Shown: positions 38,575 to 48,282 of the stretch, piece by piece
Numbering within the stretch: position 1 is the first letter of the stretch
How the letters are laid out: each line of letters starts with the position of its first letter
Origin: a bacterium
Lineage (GTDB): Bacteria > SZUA-182 > DTGQ01 > JAFGSM01
NCBI GenBank assembly: GCA_049472315.1
Contig: JBLIRN010000021.1
Coordinates: 1-49,595, forward strand
Length of the DNA stretch: 49,595 nucleotides
Direction: 5' to 3'
The notes under the pieces: model-generated
What the model saw: only the letters and a program-made list of their open reading frames with translations
Databases searched by the model: none
What the model was told of the DNA's origin: nothing
Position numbers and translations under genes: made by a program

Positions 38575-38979
38575 GTGATGCCCATGGCCACCGGCTTCAA
38601 TACCGGTCCGGACGGGGACATTCTCCTGCAACGCAGCCCTGACGGTAAAACATGGGAACTTCCCTGCATCCCTCTGGAGTTGGGCGAGCGGATCGATCGG
38701 ACCCTGGTGCGCGGTATACGCTACACCATCGGGGTGAAGATCGACGTTGAGCGACTGGTCGGGGTGTATTCGCCTGGGGAGGCCGTATGCGGACCTTCAG
38801 CGCTTAGGCCCCTGTCCCTGCTTTTTCTCTGCAGGGACCAGGAGGACGTAACCCTGGGGGGACGCCCGTCAAGCCGGGAGGTCGCCTTTTTTCCCGGCGA
38901 AAACCTGCCGGTACTTGCAGGACGTCATGATCTCCTTATACGGGATGCGCGCATCGGTTCGGATGGGACGATCTTTTGA
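38575..38979 (+). CDS. Nudix-fold protein with a degenerate Nudix box
   Basis: ILLQRS...WELPCIPLELGE...TIGVKIDVERLVGVYS...EVAFF..ENLP follows the Nudix layout; SD GGAGG. Confidence 0.65.
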   Translation: MMPMATGFNTGPDGDILLQRSPDGKTWELPCIPLELGERIDRTLVRGIRYTIGVKIDVERLVGVYSPGEAVCGPSALRPLSLLFLCRDQEDVTLGGRPSSREVAFFPGENLPVLAGRHDLLIRDARIGSDGTIF

Positions 38980-38988
38980 CGCGGACGG

Positions 38989-40020
38989 TCAACGGATGAG
39001 CATTGCATCGCCGTAACTATAAAACCGGTATCCCCTCTCAACGGCCTGATGGTATGCCCTCATGATCAGATCGTATCCCCCGAAGGCGCAGACCAGAATG
39101 AGGAGGGTTGATCGGGGGAGGTGGAAATTGGTGATCAGCGCATCCACCGCATTGAACCGGAAACCGGGGGTTATAAACAGATCGGCCCACCCCTCCAGCG
39201 GGACATGGGAAGGGGTTCCCTTCAGATAAAGGGTTTCGAGCACCCTGGTTGTGGTGGTTCCCACGGCGACAATCCTCCGCCCGGACTCCTTGGCAGAGGC
39301 GATCATGGTATGATCCTCGGGCCGGATGCGATAGGCCTCCCTTTCCATGACATGGCGCTCAATCGCCTCCTCGCGAATGGGCTTGAAGGTGCCCGGTCCG
39401 ACATGCAGGGTGACGGTGGCAATCTCGATACCCATCTCCCGTATGCGGTCCAGGAGTTCGCCGGTGAAATGGAGCCCTGCGGTCGGTGCAGCCACTGCTC
39501 CCCAATGCCGTGCAAATACGGTCTGGTACCGGGCTCGGTCCTCCGGCAGGGGATGTTCCCGCTTAATATAGGGAGGGAGTGGAATCTGACCGTATTTCTG
39601 GAGCACCTCAAAGAGGTCTCCCTCCACGAGGAATCGCAGCGTGCATGTTCCATCCCCCTGTTTCTCCACCACATCCCCTGGAATGGCCCCTTGGGCGAAA
39701 ATCAGCCGCTGCCCGGTGCGGATCCTCCCCCTTACCAGGCAGTGCCAGCTGCCTTCTTCAATGGGATGGACCAGGAGGACCTCCACCTTCCCTCCCGTGT
39801 CCTCCTTTATTCCGCTAAGGCGCGCAGGGAAGACCCGGGTGTCGTTAAGTACCATCAGGTCATCCGGGCATAGGAATGCAACGATATCCCTGAATTCGCA
39901 CTCCGTAATGTCGCCCGTGGCACGGTCGACGACCATGAGCCGTGAACGGTCTCTGACCTCGGCGGGTCTTTGGGCAATGAGGCAGGAAGGGAGGGAAAAA
40001 TCGAATGCGGACAGCTCCAT
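38989..40020 (-). CDS. queA: S-adenosylmethionine:tRNA ribosyltransferase-isomerase
   Basis: LIAQRP, NDTRVFPARL, PLPPYI, AVAAPTAGLHFT, TLHVGPGTF, TNFHLPRSTL, YRFYSYGDAM. Confidence 0.97.
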   Translation of the reverse strand: MELSAFDFSLPSCLIAQRPAEVRDRSRLMVVDRATGDITECEFRDIVAFLCPDDLMVLNDTRVFPARLSGIKEDTGGKVEVLLVHPIEEGSWHCLVRGRIRTGQRLIFAQGAIPGDVVEKQGDGTCTLRFLVEGDLFEVLQKYGQIPLPPYIKREHPLPEDRARYQTVFARHWGAVAAPTAGLHFTGELLDRIREMGIEIATVTLHVGPGTFKPIREEAIERHVMEREAYRIRPEDHTMIASAKESGRRIVAVGTTTTRVLETLYLKGTPSHVPLEGWADLFITPGFRFNAVDALITNFHLPRSTLLILVCAFGGYDLIMRAYHQAVERGYRFYSYGDAMLIR

Positions 40021-40026
40021 TGCTTC

Positions 40027-41184
40027 TCAGTAAGCGATATCGATACCGGCACGGGGGTAATAGTGGCTCAGGATGTCCCTGTAGCTTGCCCCCTGTTCGG
40101 CCATGGCCTTGGCACCCCACTGGCAGAGCCCAACCCCGTGACCCCATCCGGTGCCCTTGAATATAAAGAAACCATCCTCGTCCTTGGTCACCGTGAAGGT
40201 GGTGCTCCGCAGGATGTTGTTTCCCATGAGCGTCCGCAACTGCTTGCCGTTTATGATATCCTGACCCAGGGAATGGACGACGAGGAGGGTTTCCACCCCG
40301 CCGCTTGGTGTGTGATCCATGACACGGATGGATGTTATAGGCCCCATGCGGTAATACTTTCGGAGAAAAAGGTTGCGGAGTTTGATGGGGGATATCCTGT
40401 TTTCCCATTCAAAGTGAGGCGAATCCATGCAGAATTCACAGGGGACCCCGATGAGTGCAGGGTGGTCATAGAACACATACTGGGCATCCTCGGTATGACC
40501 ACCGCAGCATGCGTGATAGAGGGCAGGGAGATACCCGCCGGTGTAAAGCAACACCTCCCCCCTGGTGGCGTCGACTGCCATGGATGTCCTGGGGTCCTCA
40601 CCCACAATTCCCGAATAGACCTGGGAGTCTGCAGAGGCCTTGAGGTCATAGATGCCGCTCCGGTTTCGGTCGATCTGATAGAGTGTGTAAGTACGAGCAA
40701 CCACGGCCTGCGCCTTGATGCTCTCAAAGGGCCAGACAGGAGAGATCTCCGTCTTCATGAGTCCCTTCACATATTCCTCTATATCGATGCGATTGATGAC
40801 CTCGAGCCTCCATTTGGCATTGAGGTTGATAAGGATCTCACCACGGTAGGCGTAGTATCCCACGGTGAGGGGCTTTCCATCAGGGGAGGTGATCACCAGG
40901 AGGGATGATTCAACCTCCTGGTCGGCCATTCGAATCCCCGACGGCAAGGGGAAAAATTGCAGGGGATTGTCGCTTCCTGCACTGAATGTCCCCACAACCT
41001 CTCCACTCTCAAGGGCCGCCTGGATCATCCCATCGCTGGAGACCGTTACCATGCCGGGTGATTCCTTAAGCAGGATTCTCACCATCGGGGCGGAGGCAGG
41101 AAAGACACTGGCGGGGCATGAAAGAAGAATAACGAGTGTTATCAGACCACAGCATGCAATCGAAGGGAACACTTTTTTCATCAT
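40027..41184 (-). CDS. SpoIID/LytB-family lytic transglycosylase
   Basis: Signal peptide; IEEYVKG...EI...WP.ESIKAQAVVARTY, SQVYSG, GWGHGVGLCQWGA, ILSHYYP. Confidence 0.92.
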   Translation of the reverse strand: MMKKVFPSIACCGLITLVILLSCPASVFPASAPMVRILLKESPGMVTVSSDGMIQAALESGEVVGTFSAGSDNPLQFFPLPSGIRMADQEVESSLLVITSPDGKPLTVGYYAYRGEILINLNAKWRLEVINRIDIEEYVKGLMKTEISPVWPFESIKAQAVVARTYTLYQIDRNRSGIYDLKASADSQVYSGIVGEDPRTSMAVDATRGEVLLYTGGYLPALYHACCGGHTEDAQYVFYDHPALIGVPCEFCMDSPHFEWENRISPIKLRNLFLRKYYRMGPITSIRVMDHTPSGGVETLLVVHSLGQDIINGKQLRTLMGNNILRSTTFTVTKDEDGFFIFKGTGWGHGVGLCQWGAKAMAEQGASYRDILSHYYPRAGIDIAY

Positions 41185-41744
41185 TCTGTCTCTTTCTCCT
41201 GATTCTGCGCTTTTTTCACCATATAGCGATCCCTTTCGCTATAGATGCATCCACAGTATGTCTGCCGGTAAAGCCCAAGGGCCTTTGATTTTTCGATGCC
41301 CTGTTTCCAACCTTCCCGGAAGTCCCGATAAAGAAAGGCAATGCCGTATTGTTTCGAAAGGCTTGCCCCGATTTGTGATATGGTCTCATGGTCCTGGTAT
41401 TTGCTGTAAAGGAGCGTGGAGGTGAAAGCGGAAAATTTTCCGCGCCGGGCAATGATTGCCGTTTCCTTGAGCCGCATATGATAACAGAAAAGGCACCGTT
41501 TCTCCTCCCGGAATGCAATCCCTCGCAGGAATTCATCGAGGTCATACTCGTCTCGATAGATGATACTGAGCCCCTCCCGTTGCTCCAATTCCCTGAGTGT
41601 ACCGAGCCTTTTTTGATATTCCGTATACGGATGGATGTTGGGATTATAAAACAGACCATGCACCTGTAAGCCCTCCCCCAGAAGGATCTCGTGAGGATAG
41701 AGGAAACACGGTGCGCAGCATATATGAACCAAAACCCTTTCCAT
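41181..41744 (-). CDS. queH: Epoxyqueuosine reductase QueH
   Basis: LVHICCAPC, FYNPNIHP..EY..R, RCLFCY..RL, LYRQTYCGCIYS. Confidence 0.93.
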   Translation of the reverse strand: MERVLVHICCAPCFLYPHEILLGEGLQVHGLFYNPNIHPYTEYQKRLGTLRELEQREGLSIIYRDEYDLDEFLRGIAFREEKRCLFCYHMRLKETAIIARRGKFSAFTSTLLYSKYQDHETISQIGASLSKQYGIAFLYRDFREGWKQGIEKSKALGLYRQTYCGCIYSERDRYMVKKAQNQEKETE

Positions 41745-41755
41745 TTTTGAGCACT

Positions 41756-41784
41756 AAGGTATCAAGGCAGGGTTTTTTTGTCAA
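41756..41784 (-). promoter_or_regulatory. Sigma70 promoter for queH-spoIID-queA
   Basis: Minus strand TTGACA-N17-TACCTT with an extended -10 TG. Confidence 0.55.
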
Positions 41785-41843
41785 GAAGGAGGGCACCGAG
41801 GGAGCCGAAGAGGCATACCGTCGGAGACCTGCAAAGAGAGTCC

Positions 41844-41872
41844 TTGACATATTTGTTCCTTCGTATTATTTT
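41844..41872 (+). promoter_or_regulatory. Sigma70 promoter for the LpoA-like lipoprotein gene
   Basis: TTGACA-N17-TATTTT, divergent from the queH promoter. Confidence 0.55.
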
Positions 41873-41974
41873 TCATATAATTTTATGACGCATGACACAG
41901 TGGGTAAACGGGACCGTTAACCAATTAAACCCTCGGGAAATGTTATAACCCGCAACGGGTGGAAAGAGATTCTT

Positions 41975-44218
41975 ATGAACGACACGCATTGTAGACCGTA
42001 CGGCTTGGTGGTGATACCAATCATATTCATGATGATGGCCCTGGGATGCGCCACAACAGGTCCGGGTTTGGGTGCAGGGAGTCCCCCCACCACACAGGGG
42101 AAAACCCTTTTTATGGCTGCGGAGCGGTCTTTCGAAAAGGGCGACCTTGAACAGGCTGCCGCGGGGTATGAAAAGGTCCTTGGATCGGAATCCGACTCCT
42201 ACATAGCTGATAATGCCTTGTTCCGCATGGGGGAGATTGCCATGCACCAGGGCGATTATGTGAAGGCCCTTAAACTCTTCGAACTCCTGCCTACGGAGTA
42301 TCCGGAGAGTGAACTCATCCCGTCTGCCAGGTTTCAGGCGGCCCGGTCCTTGTATCTGAATCTCTCCTGGGAAAGGGCTTTGCATGCCCTGCATAAGTTC
42401 CGGGAGGATTTCCCCATGAGTCAGCACAATCCTGCGGTCATGCTCCTGCTTTCCGATATTTACATAAAAACCAGGGAATATGCGCGATCAAAGGAGGTGC
42501 TCGCCACCTTCTTTTCCCAGTACCCTCGCTCTCCCCTCATAGCCAGTGCAAAGTATCAGCTCGGATTGAGTGAGATGTATCTTGGGGAAACCGAGCAGGC
42601 ATTCTCTCACCTCAAGGAGGCCCTTACCGGTGAACTCCCCGATGATCAACGGGAGGATGCCTTGTATGCCCTGGCCACACTCTCCCTGATGAAGGATGAC
42701 CTCCTCTCCTCCGTGGAGTATTTCTCGGATTTGTACAGGACCATCGAGACCGGAGACCGGAAGGAACGGGTTCTTAAAAAGGTAACCGGATTGATCCAGG
42801 CGCGGCTGCGGGATGAAGACCTGCGGTCCCTTATTGAACGCCATCCCCGAGAGTTCCCCGGTGATCTCGCCTTGATAGAAATGGCGGAGCGCAGCTTCAA
42901 CCGGGGAGAAATCTCCGATGTCCGTCATTACCTGGCGGCCTTTCAGTCTTCTTTTCCCGGACATCCGGAGACCTCCGCGCTGCAGGAGCGGCTCAACGTC
43001 TTCGAGAAAGAGCCCGGGCTGGCTGCTGCGGGAAAATTCGGGTGTATTGCCCCCCTCACCGATCTCTTTGCAGGCTATGGAGAGAAGATGATCAGGGGGG
43101 TCAAGATGGCAATCGAAGAATATAACCAGAAGAATGGCACGGATCTCAAGGTTGTGCTTTTCGATTCAATGGGAAAACCCGAGAATGCCCAGAAGGGGGT
43201 GGAGGTGCTGGCATATGAGGACAAGGTGACGGCGATCATTGGTCCCCTCCTGACTGCATCGGCAACCTCCGCAGCAAGGACGGCCGAGCGGATCGGCGTC
43301 CCCCTGTTTACCCCCACCGCAGCAGGGGAAGGGGTGCCTGAAATCGGGCGGTTTATATTCAGGAACTGTTTGACCAACAGGCATCAGGCCGAGTCACTGG
43401 CAACCTATGCGGTCGAGGAATTGGGATTGACCGACTTTGGGGTCTTGTTTCCCTTTAATGCCTATGGCAAGGAAATGATGGCCCTCTTTTCCGACAAGGT
43501 GGAGGCCTTGGGTGCGCATGTGGAGATCATTGAGTTTTATGACCAGGACGACACCGATTTCCAGGAGCAACTGGTCAGAATTCACCAAGTGGAACCGGAG
43601 GCCCTGTTTATACCTGGTTCCTTCGAGAAGATCGTGCTCATTGCCCCTCAGATCCCGTTTTATGCGCCCGAAGAGGAGGATCCCAACGATCCTAATGCCC
43701 TTGCTGAAGGTATGGAATCCCTGTCGGAAGAGGATGAGATACCCCTTATACCGCCCGAGATTGCCATGGCCCTCGAAGATGACGGGGAAAAGAAGGTGGT
43801 GGAGGCAAAGAGGGAGATGCAACTGCTGGGTACGGACGGATGGTATGACCAGCGTCTCATTGTGGAAGGGGAGTCGTATGTGGAAAAGGCCATCCTGAGC
43901 GTGGGATTTTACCGGGAAAGCCCCGATCCGCTGGTGAGAAAATTCGTCTCTGACTTTCAGAAAAGGTATGGTGAGCCGCCGGACCTTGTCTCCGCTCAGG
44001 CCTACGATGCCACCAATATGATCCTGGAGGCGAGCAATGGAGGGATGGCATCATGGGAATCCACCAGAAAGAAGCTTTCCGAAATTCGGGATTTTCCAGG
44101 TGTATCGGGCAGGACCACCATTCTTCCTTCCGGTGATTCGGTTAAGGAGGTTACCCTGCTGCGGGTCAAGAGGAGGCGGTTTGTCCCTGTGGAGTGGTTC
44201 TCGTTCAATCTGAACTAA
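41975..44218 (+). CDS. Lipoprotein with TPR repeats and a type I periplasmic-binding-protein fold (LpoA/LppC-like)
   Basis: Lipobox ALGC; BamD/CpoB-like TPRs (ADNALFRMGE, YPESELIPSARFQ); C-terminal GCIAPLT...AIIGPL...AQAYDA...FPGVSG. Confidence 0.85.
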   Translation: MNDTHCRPYGLVVIPIIFMMMALGCATTGPGLGAGSPPTTQGKTLFMAAERSFEKGDLEQAAAGYEKVLGSESDSYIADNALFRMGEIAMHQGDYVKALKLFELLPTEYPESELIPSARFQAARSLYLNLSWERALHALHKFREDFPMSQHNPAVMLLLSDIYIKTREYARSKEVLATFFSQYPRSPLIASAKYQLGLSEMYLGETEQAFSHLKEALTGELPDDQREDALYALATLSLMKDDLLSSVEYFSDLYRTIETGDRKERVLKKVTGLIQARLRDEDLRSLIERHPREFPGDLALIEMAERSFNRGEISDVRHYLAAFQSSFPGHPETSALQERLNVFEKEPGLAAAGKFGCIAPLTDLFAGYGEKMIRGVKMAIEEYNQKNGTDLKVVLFDSMGKPENAQKGVEVLAYEDKVTAIIGPLLTASATSAARTAERIGVPLFTPTAAGEGVPEIGRFIFRNCLTNRHQAESLATYAVEELGLTDFGVLFPFNAYGKEMMALFSDKVEALGAHVEIIEFYDQDDTDFQEQLVRIHQVEPEALFIPGSFEKIVLIAPQIPFYAPEEEDPNDPNALAEGMESLSEEDEIPLIPPEIAMALEDDGEKKVVEAKREMQLLGTDGWYDQRLIVEGESYVEKAILSVGFYRESPDPLVRKFVSDFQKRYGEPPDLVSAQAYDATNMILEASNGGMASWESTRKKLSEIRDFPGVSGRTTILPSGDSVKEVTLLRVKRRRFVPVEWFSFNLN

Positions 44219-46667
44219 TCCTCGGAGTGGCGGTCATGGCGGCCGGTGATTGATGAGGATCGGGCATGCGGTCGTTTTTGCTCAGGTCCATGTCAATGCT
44301 GACGAAGTGCTCCTGGGCTATACGATGTGAGTTACAGAGTTCCTTCGGCTCGTTTCCCTCCCGGAAGGCCTCCATAATAACGGCAGGACACTCCTTGGTG
44401 GCCACGAGGCCCGTTTTACGGTCGATGGGGATGAATTTGATGCCGTTTGGCACGGCGAACGCCTGTATCGGTGTGTCCTCAATGCATTCCTTCATGAATT
44501 GGACCCAGATTGGAGAAGCGGCACGAGAGCCGGTCTCCATATCCCCAAGGCTTCTATATTCGTCAAATCCCACCCAGACCCCGGTCACCACATCCGGGGT
44601 ATACCCAATGAACCATGCGTCAACGTAATTGTTGGTGGTTCCTGTCTTTCCCGCAATCGGCCTGCCCAGTGACTTGGCCCTCCACCCTGTGCCGTGGTCC
44701 ACAACCCCGATGAGCGCCTGAGTCATCAGGTAGGATGTCTGCTCATCCAGGACCTTTTTCGGCTGGGGCTGGCTTTCTTCCATAACCTGTCCCTCAGGCC
44801 CTTCGATGCGAAGAATGGCGAAGGGCTTTGCCCGCATGCCTCCTGCTGCAAACACCCCGTAGGCTGAGGTCAATTCCAGGAGAGAGACCCCCGAGCTTCC
44901 CAATGCGAGCGAAAGATCAGGGGCCAGGGGGGAGACGATCCCCGCCTGTCGGGCGGTTTCTATTGTCTCCTCGATACCGACCTTTTTCAGGAGCTTGATG
45001 GTAATAACATTTCTGGACTTCTCGAGGGCCTCCCTGAGGGTAGTCGGGCCGAAGAATTTTTGATAATAGTTGACCGGTTTCCAATCCTTGTTTTGCGTTT
45101 CATCCTGGTAGATGATGGGAGAGTCGATAAAGATGTCTGCAAGGGTGTACCCCTGCCGGAGAGCGGTCTCGTAAATAAAGGGCTTGAATGCGGAACCGGG
45201 CTGACGTCTGGCCTGCACCGCGCGATTGAATTTGCTGAGACGGAAATCATATCCTCCCACCATGGCCTTGATCCATCCGGACCTCGGGTCGATTGCCATA
45301 AGCGCCCCCTGCACCTCCGGTATCTGTTCGAGTGCCAATTGGTATCGGGGGATGTCCGCCTCCGCGTGGGCATTGGGATCCGAGGGTGCCGGCTGTTCAT
45401 CAGGAGGAGATTCCTCCTCTTCCGGCAATTCCAGTCTTCCCACAATCCGTGTATAGATCCTTTGCCCGGGATGGAGTATGGCCTGCAGGGATGGAGCCTT
45501 CGCCCATGCGGCGTCCTCCGCGTCCAGGATGCCGATGCAATTGGTATCCTCAAGACGCACCACGGCCTGGGTGGGTTCTACCGCAAGCACCTCTCCCAAA
45601 AAGAGGTCGGAGGGCACCTGCTTCGTCTCCTCATATTCCCCCAAGAGATCCCTCATTTCATCCTCGTGTGCGAACGTGAGCGGCGAATCATCGGGGATGG
45701 GCCGGAAGCCCTGCCGCTTATCCAGCTGCTCGATGCCCCAACGGAGTGCCGCCTCTGCATGCCTTTGGGCCTCCAGGTCCAGGGTGGTGTATACCTTGAG
45801 TCCTCCCCGGTAGAGGGCGGTGGACCCATATTTCTCTTCAATGTAGCGTCGAACGTATTCGACGAAGTATGGGGCTTGAATGGTTTGAGGTTCCACCCTG
45901 GTCACCGCGATGGGGATTTTTGCGGTATCCCTTCGTGTCTTTTCGTCGATGAATCCCTCTTCTGCCATCCTTTGTAAAACGTGGTTGCGTCGCGCAAGGG
46001 CACGCTGAGGGAGCGTGAAGGGGTTGTAATTATTAGGGGCCTTCGGCAAGCCCGCCAGCAGTGCGGCTTCTTCCAGGTCCAGGTCCTCCACGTGTTTCCC
46101 GAAAAAGGTCCTCGCTGCAGCCTCGATTCCATATGCACCCTTGCCGAAATAGATTTGATTGAGGTACATCTCCAGTATCTTTTCTTTTGGGTATACCTTT
46201 TCCAGCTCGAGTGCGAGGAGCGCCTCCTTGAACTTGCGTATGATCTTTTTTTCCGAATGGAGCAGGAGGGATCGGGTCAGTTGCTGGGTAATGGTGCTGC
46301 CTCCCTCCACGAATCCCCCGTGCTTTATATTGCGAAACGCAGCCCTGAGAATCCCCCCCCACTCGAGTCCCCGATGGTTATAGAAGTTGGCATCCTCGAC
46401 GGCGATAATCGCCTTAATCAAATGGGGAGGCAACGAACTATAGGGGACGAGGATCCTCTTCTCAAGACAGAAGTATGCCAGTGACTGGCCATCCGCACTA
46501 TATACCCTGGTGATGAGACTCGGTTCATACTCCTTCAGCATTGACAGGTCGGGAAGCTGTCTCTTTATCTGAATGATAAAACCGGTTATCGATCCAACCA
46601 GGATGATAGACAGGATGATCGAGGCGTAGATGAAAAGGGTTAATCCCCTTTTGAGATTTGATACCAT
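44205..46667 (-). CDS. mrcA: Class A penicillin-binding protein 1A
   Basis: TM anchor; glycosyltransferase motifs EDANFYNH, GGSTITQQL, RKFKE, YLNQIYFG; OB-like insert; transpeptidase motifs SAFK, SRN, KTGT. Confidence 0.93.
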   Translation of the reverse strand: MVSNLKRGLTLFIYASIILSIILVGSITGFIIQIKRQLPDLSMLKEYEPSLITRVYSADGQSLAYFCLEKRILVPYSSLPPHLIKAIIAVEDANFYNHRGLEWGGILRAAFRNIKHGGFVEGGSTITQQLTRSLLLHSEKKIIRKFKEALLALELEKVYPKEKILEMYLNQIYFGKGAYGIEAAARTFFGKHVEDLDLEEAALLAGLPKAPNNYNPFTLPQRALARRNHVLQRMAEEGFIDEKTRRDTAKIPIAVTRVEPQTIQAPYFVEYVRRYIEEKYGSTALYRGGLKVYTTLDLEAQRHAEAALRWGIEQLDKRQGFRPIPDDSPLTFAHEDEMRDLLGEYEETKQVPSDLFLGEVLAVEPTQAVVRLEDTNCIGILDAEDAAWAKAPSLQAILHPGQRIYTRIVGRLELPEEEESPPDEQPAPSDPNAHAEADIPRYQLALEQIPEVQGALMAIDPRSGWIKAMVGGYDFRLSKFNRAVQARRQPGSAFKPFIYETALRQGYTLADIFIDSPIIYQDETQNKDWKPVNYYQKFFGPTTLREALEKSRNVITIKLLKKVGIEETIETARQAGIVSPLAPDLSLALGSSGVSLLELTSAYGVFAAGGMRAKPFAILRIEGPEGQVMEESQPQPKKVLDEQTSYLMTQALIGVVDHGTGWRAKSLGRPIAGKTGTTNNYVDAWFIGYTPDVVTGVWVGFDEYRSLGDMETGSRAASPIWVQFMKECIEDTPIQAFAVPNGIKFIPIDRKTGLVATKECPAVIMEAFREGNEPKELCNSHRIAQEHFVSIDMDLSKNDRMPDPHQSPAAMTATPRISSD

Positions 46668-46681
46668 ACCATCTGATAGTG

Positions 46682-47092
46682 TTATTTGGATTTATTGAAG
46701 GCCTCTGCCACCTTTTCCTTCAATGCCGTGATATCCAGGGGCTTTTTCAGGAATCCGAAGGCCCCGAGACGCATAACCTCAAGATAGGTTTTCATCTCCT
46801 CATAGGCGGTGATGATGATTATCTTCATGCGGGGATTTTTTTCCCTGATCATTTCCAGCAATGCGATCCCGTTTACCACGGGCATTCGAATATCGGATAT
46901 TATAAGCCCCACCGTCTCGGACTTCGTGATCTGGTATGCCTGATCCCCATTGAATGCAATGAGGACCTTATAGCCGTCGGCTTCGAAGATGTCTTTGAGG
47001 GTGTGACAGAAGTCTTTGTCATCGTCAACAATGAGAATCGCTTTGTTTTCGTTAGTGATTGAGGACTCCTTGTGGCCTTCCTTGGGGTTCAT
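46682..47092 (-). CDS. Single-domain response regulator (receiver)
   Basis: ILIVDDD, SDIRMPVVNG, ITAY, FLKKP; SD GAGGAGG before ATG 47092. Confidence 0.92.
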   Translation of the reverse strand: MNPKEGHKESSITNENKAILIVDDDKDFCHTLKDIFEADGYKVLIAFNGDQAYQITKSETVGLIISDIRMPVVNGIALLEMIREKNPRMKIIIITAYEEMKTYLEVMRLGAFGFLKKPLDITALKEKVAEAFNKSK

Positions 47093-47113
47093 TTCCTCCT
47101 CGTGCCCATTCAC

Positions 47114-47548
47114 TTAAACCGGGGCCAGCATGGCATTTTGCACAAATTCCCTCAGCACCTTATACACATACTCTCCCTTGCTGAGCGCCTCCATTGCCTC
47201 CGGCTCGCCGTAAATCTTCGAGGGTATCCAGAGGGGAAGATCCTTCCGCTGGTAAAGTGGAAACCGGGTTCGTGCACCATGCTTTTCAAGGGAGATGATG
47301 CATTCGTAGAGCTTTTCAATGTCATCGATTTCATCCTTGAATACGGCAAGAAAGAGGGTGGATGTCTTATGATCACGGGTAACGACATTCCTCATGGTAA
47401 GGCATGCCTTGGTTATCTTTTCCACCGACTCCTGGGCAAAGTGAATGGTTCTGCTGTAGAGTCCGTTGACATAGGTGAGCCTCGCCGCCTCAATATCAAC
47501 CTCGCTCTCCAGAAGATACGCCTCAACGATATCCTTCGGCTCGTGCAT
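47114..47548 (-). CDS. HEPN domain protein (type usually paired with a minimal nucleotidyltransferase)
   Basis: DIEAAR...YSRTIHFAQESVEKITKACL...RDH...LEKHGARTRFP...EAMEAL helical HEPN pattern; SD GAGGAGG. Confidence 0.8.
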   Translation of the reverse strand: MHEPKDIVEAYLLESEVDIEAARLTYVNGLYSRTIHFAQESVEKITKACLTMRNVVTRDHKTSTLFLAVFKDEIDDIEKLYECIISLEKHGARTRFPLYQRKDLPLWIPSKIYGEPEAMEALSKGEYVYKVLREFVQNAMLAPV

Positions 47549-47603
47549 AGCGTCCTCCTCGTCGGAAATCCTTAACCGCGGATTTCCGTGAAATTAAACA
47601 TTC

Positions 47604-47632
47604 ATTATGTCAAAAGTCATTACTACTGTCAA
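47604..47632 (-). promoter_or_regulatory. Sigma70 promoter for HEPN-receiver-PBP1A
   Basis: Minus strand TTGACA-N17-CATAAT; 9-bp hairpin CGGAAATCC/GGATTTCCG (47563-47588) in the leader. Confidence 0.65.
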
Positions 47633-48282
47633 GGAAAAGGAAATGTCACCCTGCCGAGGATTGGTGAATCCTTCAAGGGTATAGAGGGATAATCTCCTTT
47701 ATCTAACCTATATTATCGGCAGATCTTGGCGAATACTCCGATTTTTTGCGGAATGGCAGTGGGGGGCCCCCGGGTTCGTTTCAAATTCACACCCTTTTTT
47801 TTCGTGCGGCTGGGGAGACTGATCGTACCAGCTTTAGGAATGGATTGATGGTGGCTGCGTCCCGGACATTATTTCGTAATGTATAAAAGGAATCGGTCGG
47901 CCATGTATATGGATTGTTATGGTCGCAGATGCACCATGCGCACCATTCTGCAATGATTTGATTGCACACCTGGTGACAATGTCTGGCGCCGGGGTGAAAA
48001 GGGCGGTGCAAAAAAAGTGGAAAAGGGTGTAATGATGGCGATTTTTTCAATGAGCGATGGTCAGGTATATGGTATGCATAGGAATGAGTTCATAAGCATG
48101 TCAGATCATTGTGCCTTGAAGAAATAGATCAATCATCCTCACATTCCCGACTGTGGTGACCTGGGCTGACCCACTGCAGTGATGCTGCGTAGGAAGCCTT
48201 CTCGGATCATGCACGAGGGGGGACTGTCAACTGAATTTCCAATGCCTTGCCGGCATAGAAGGTTAAGGGAGGGGGCGTAACA

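Noticed and set aside
47550..48280. Nucleotidyltransferase antitoxin upstream of HEPN, or a c-di-GMP riboswitch upstream of the subtilase
   Set aside because: No GS..DxD-type ORF and no recognisable riboswitch consensus.
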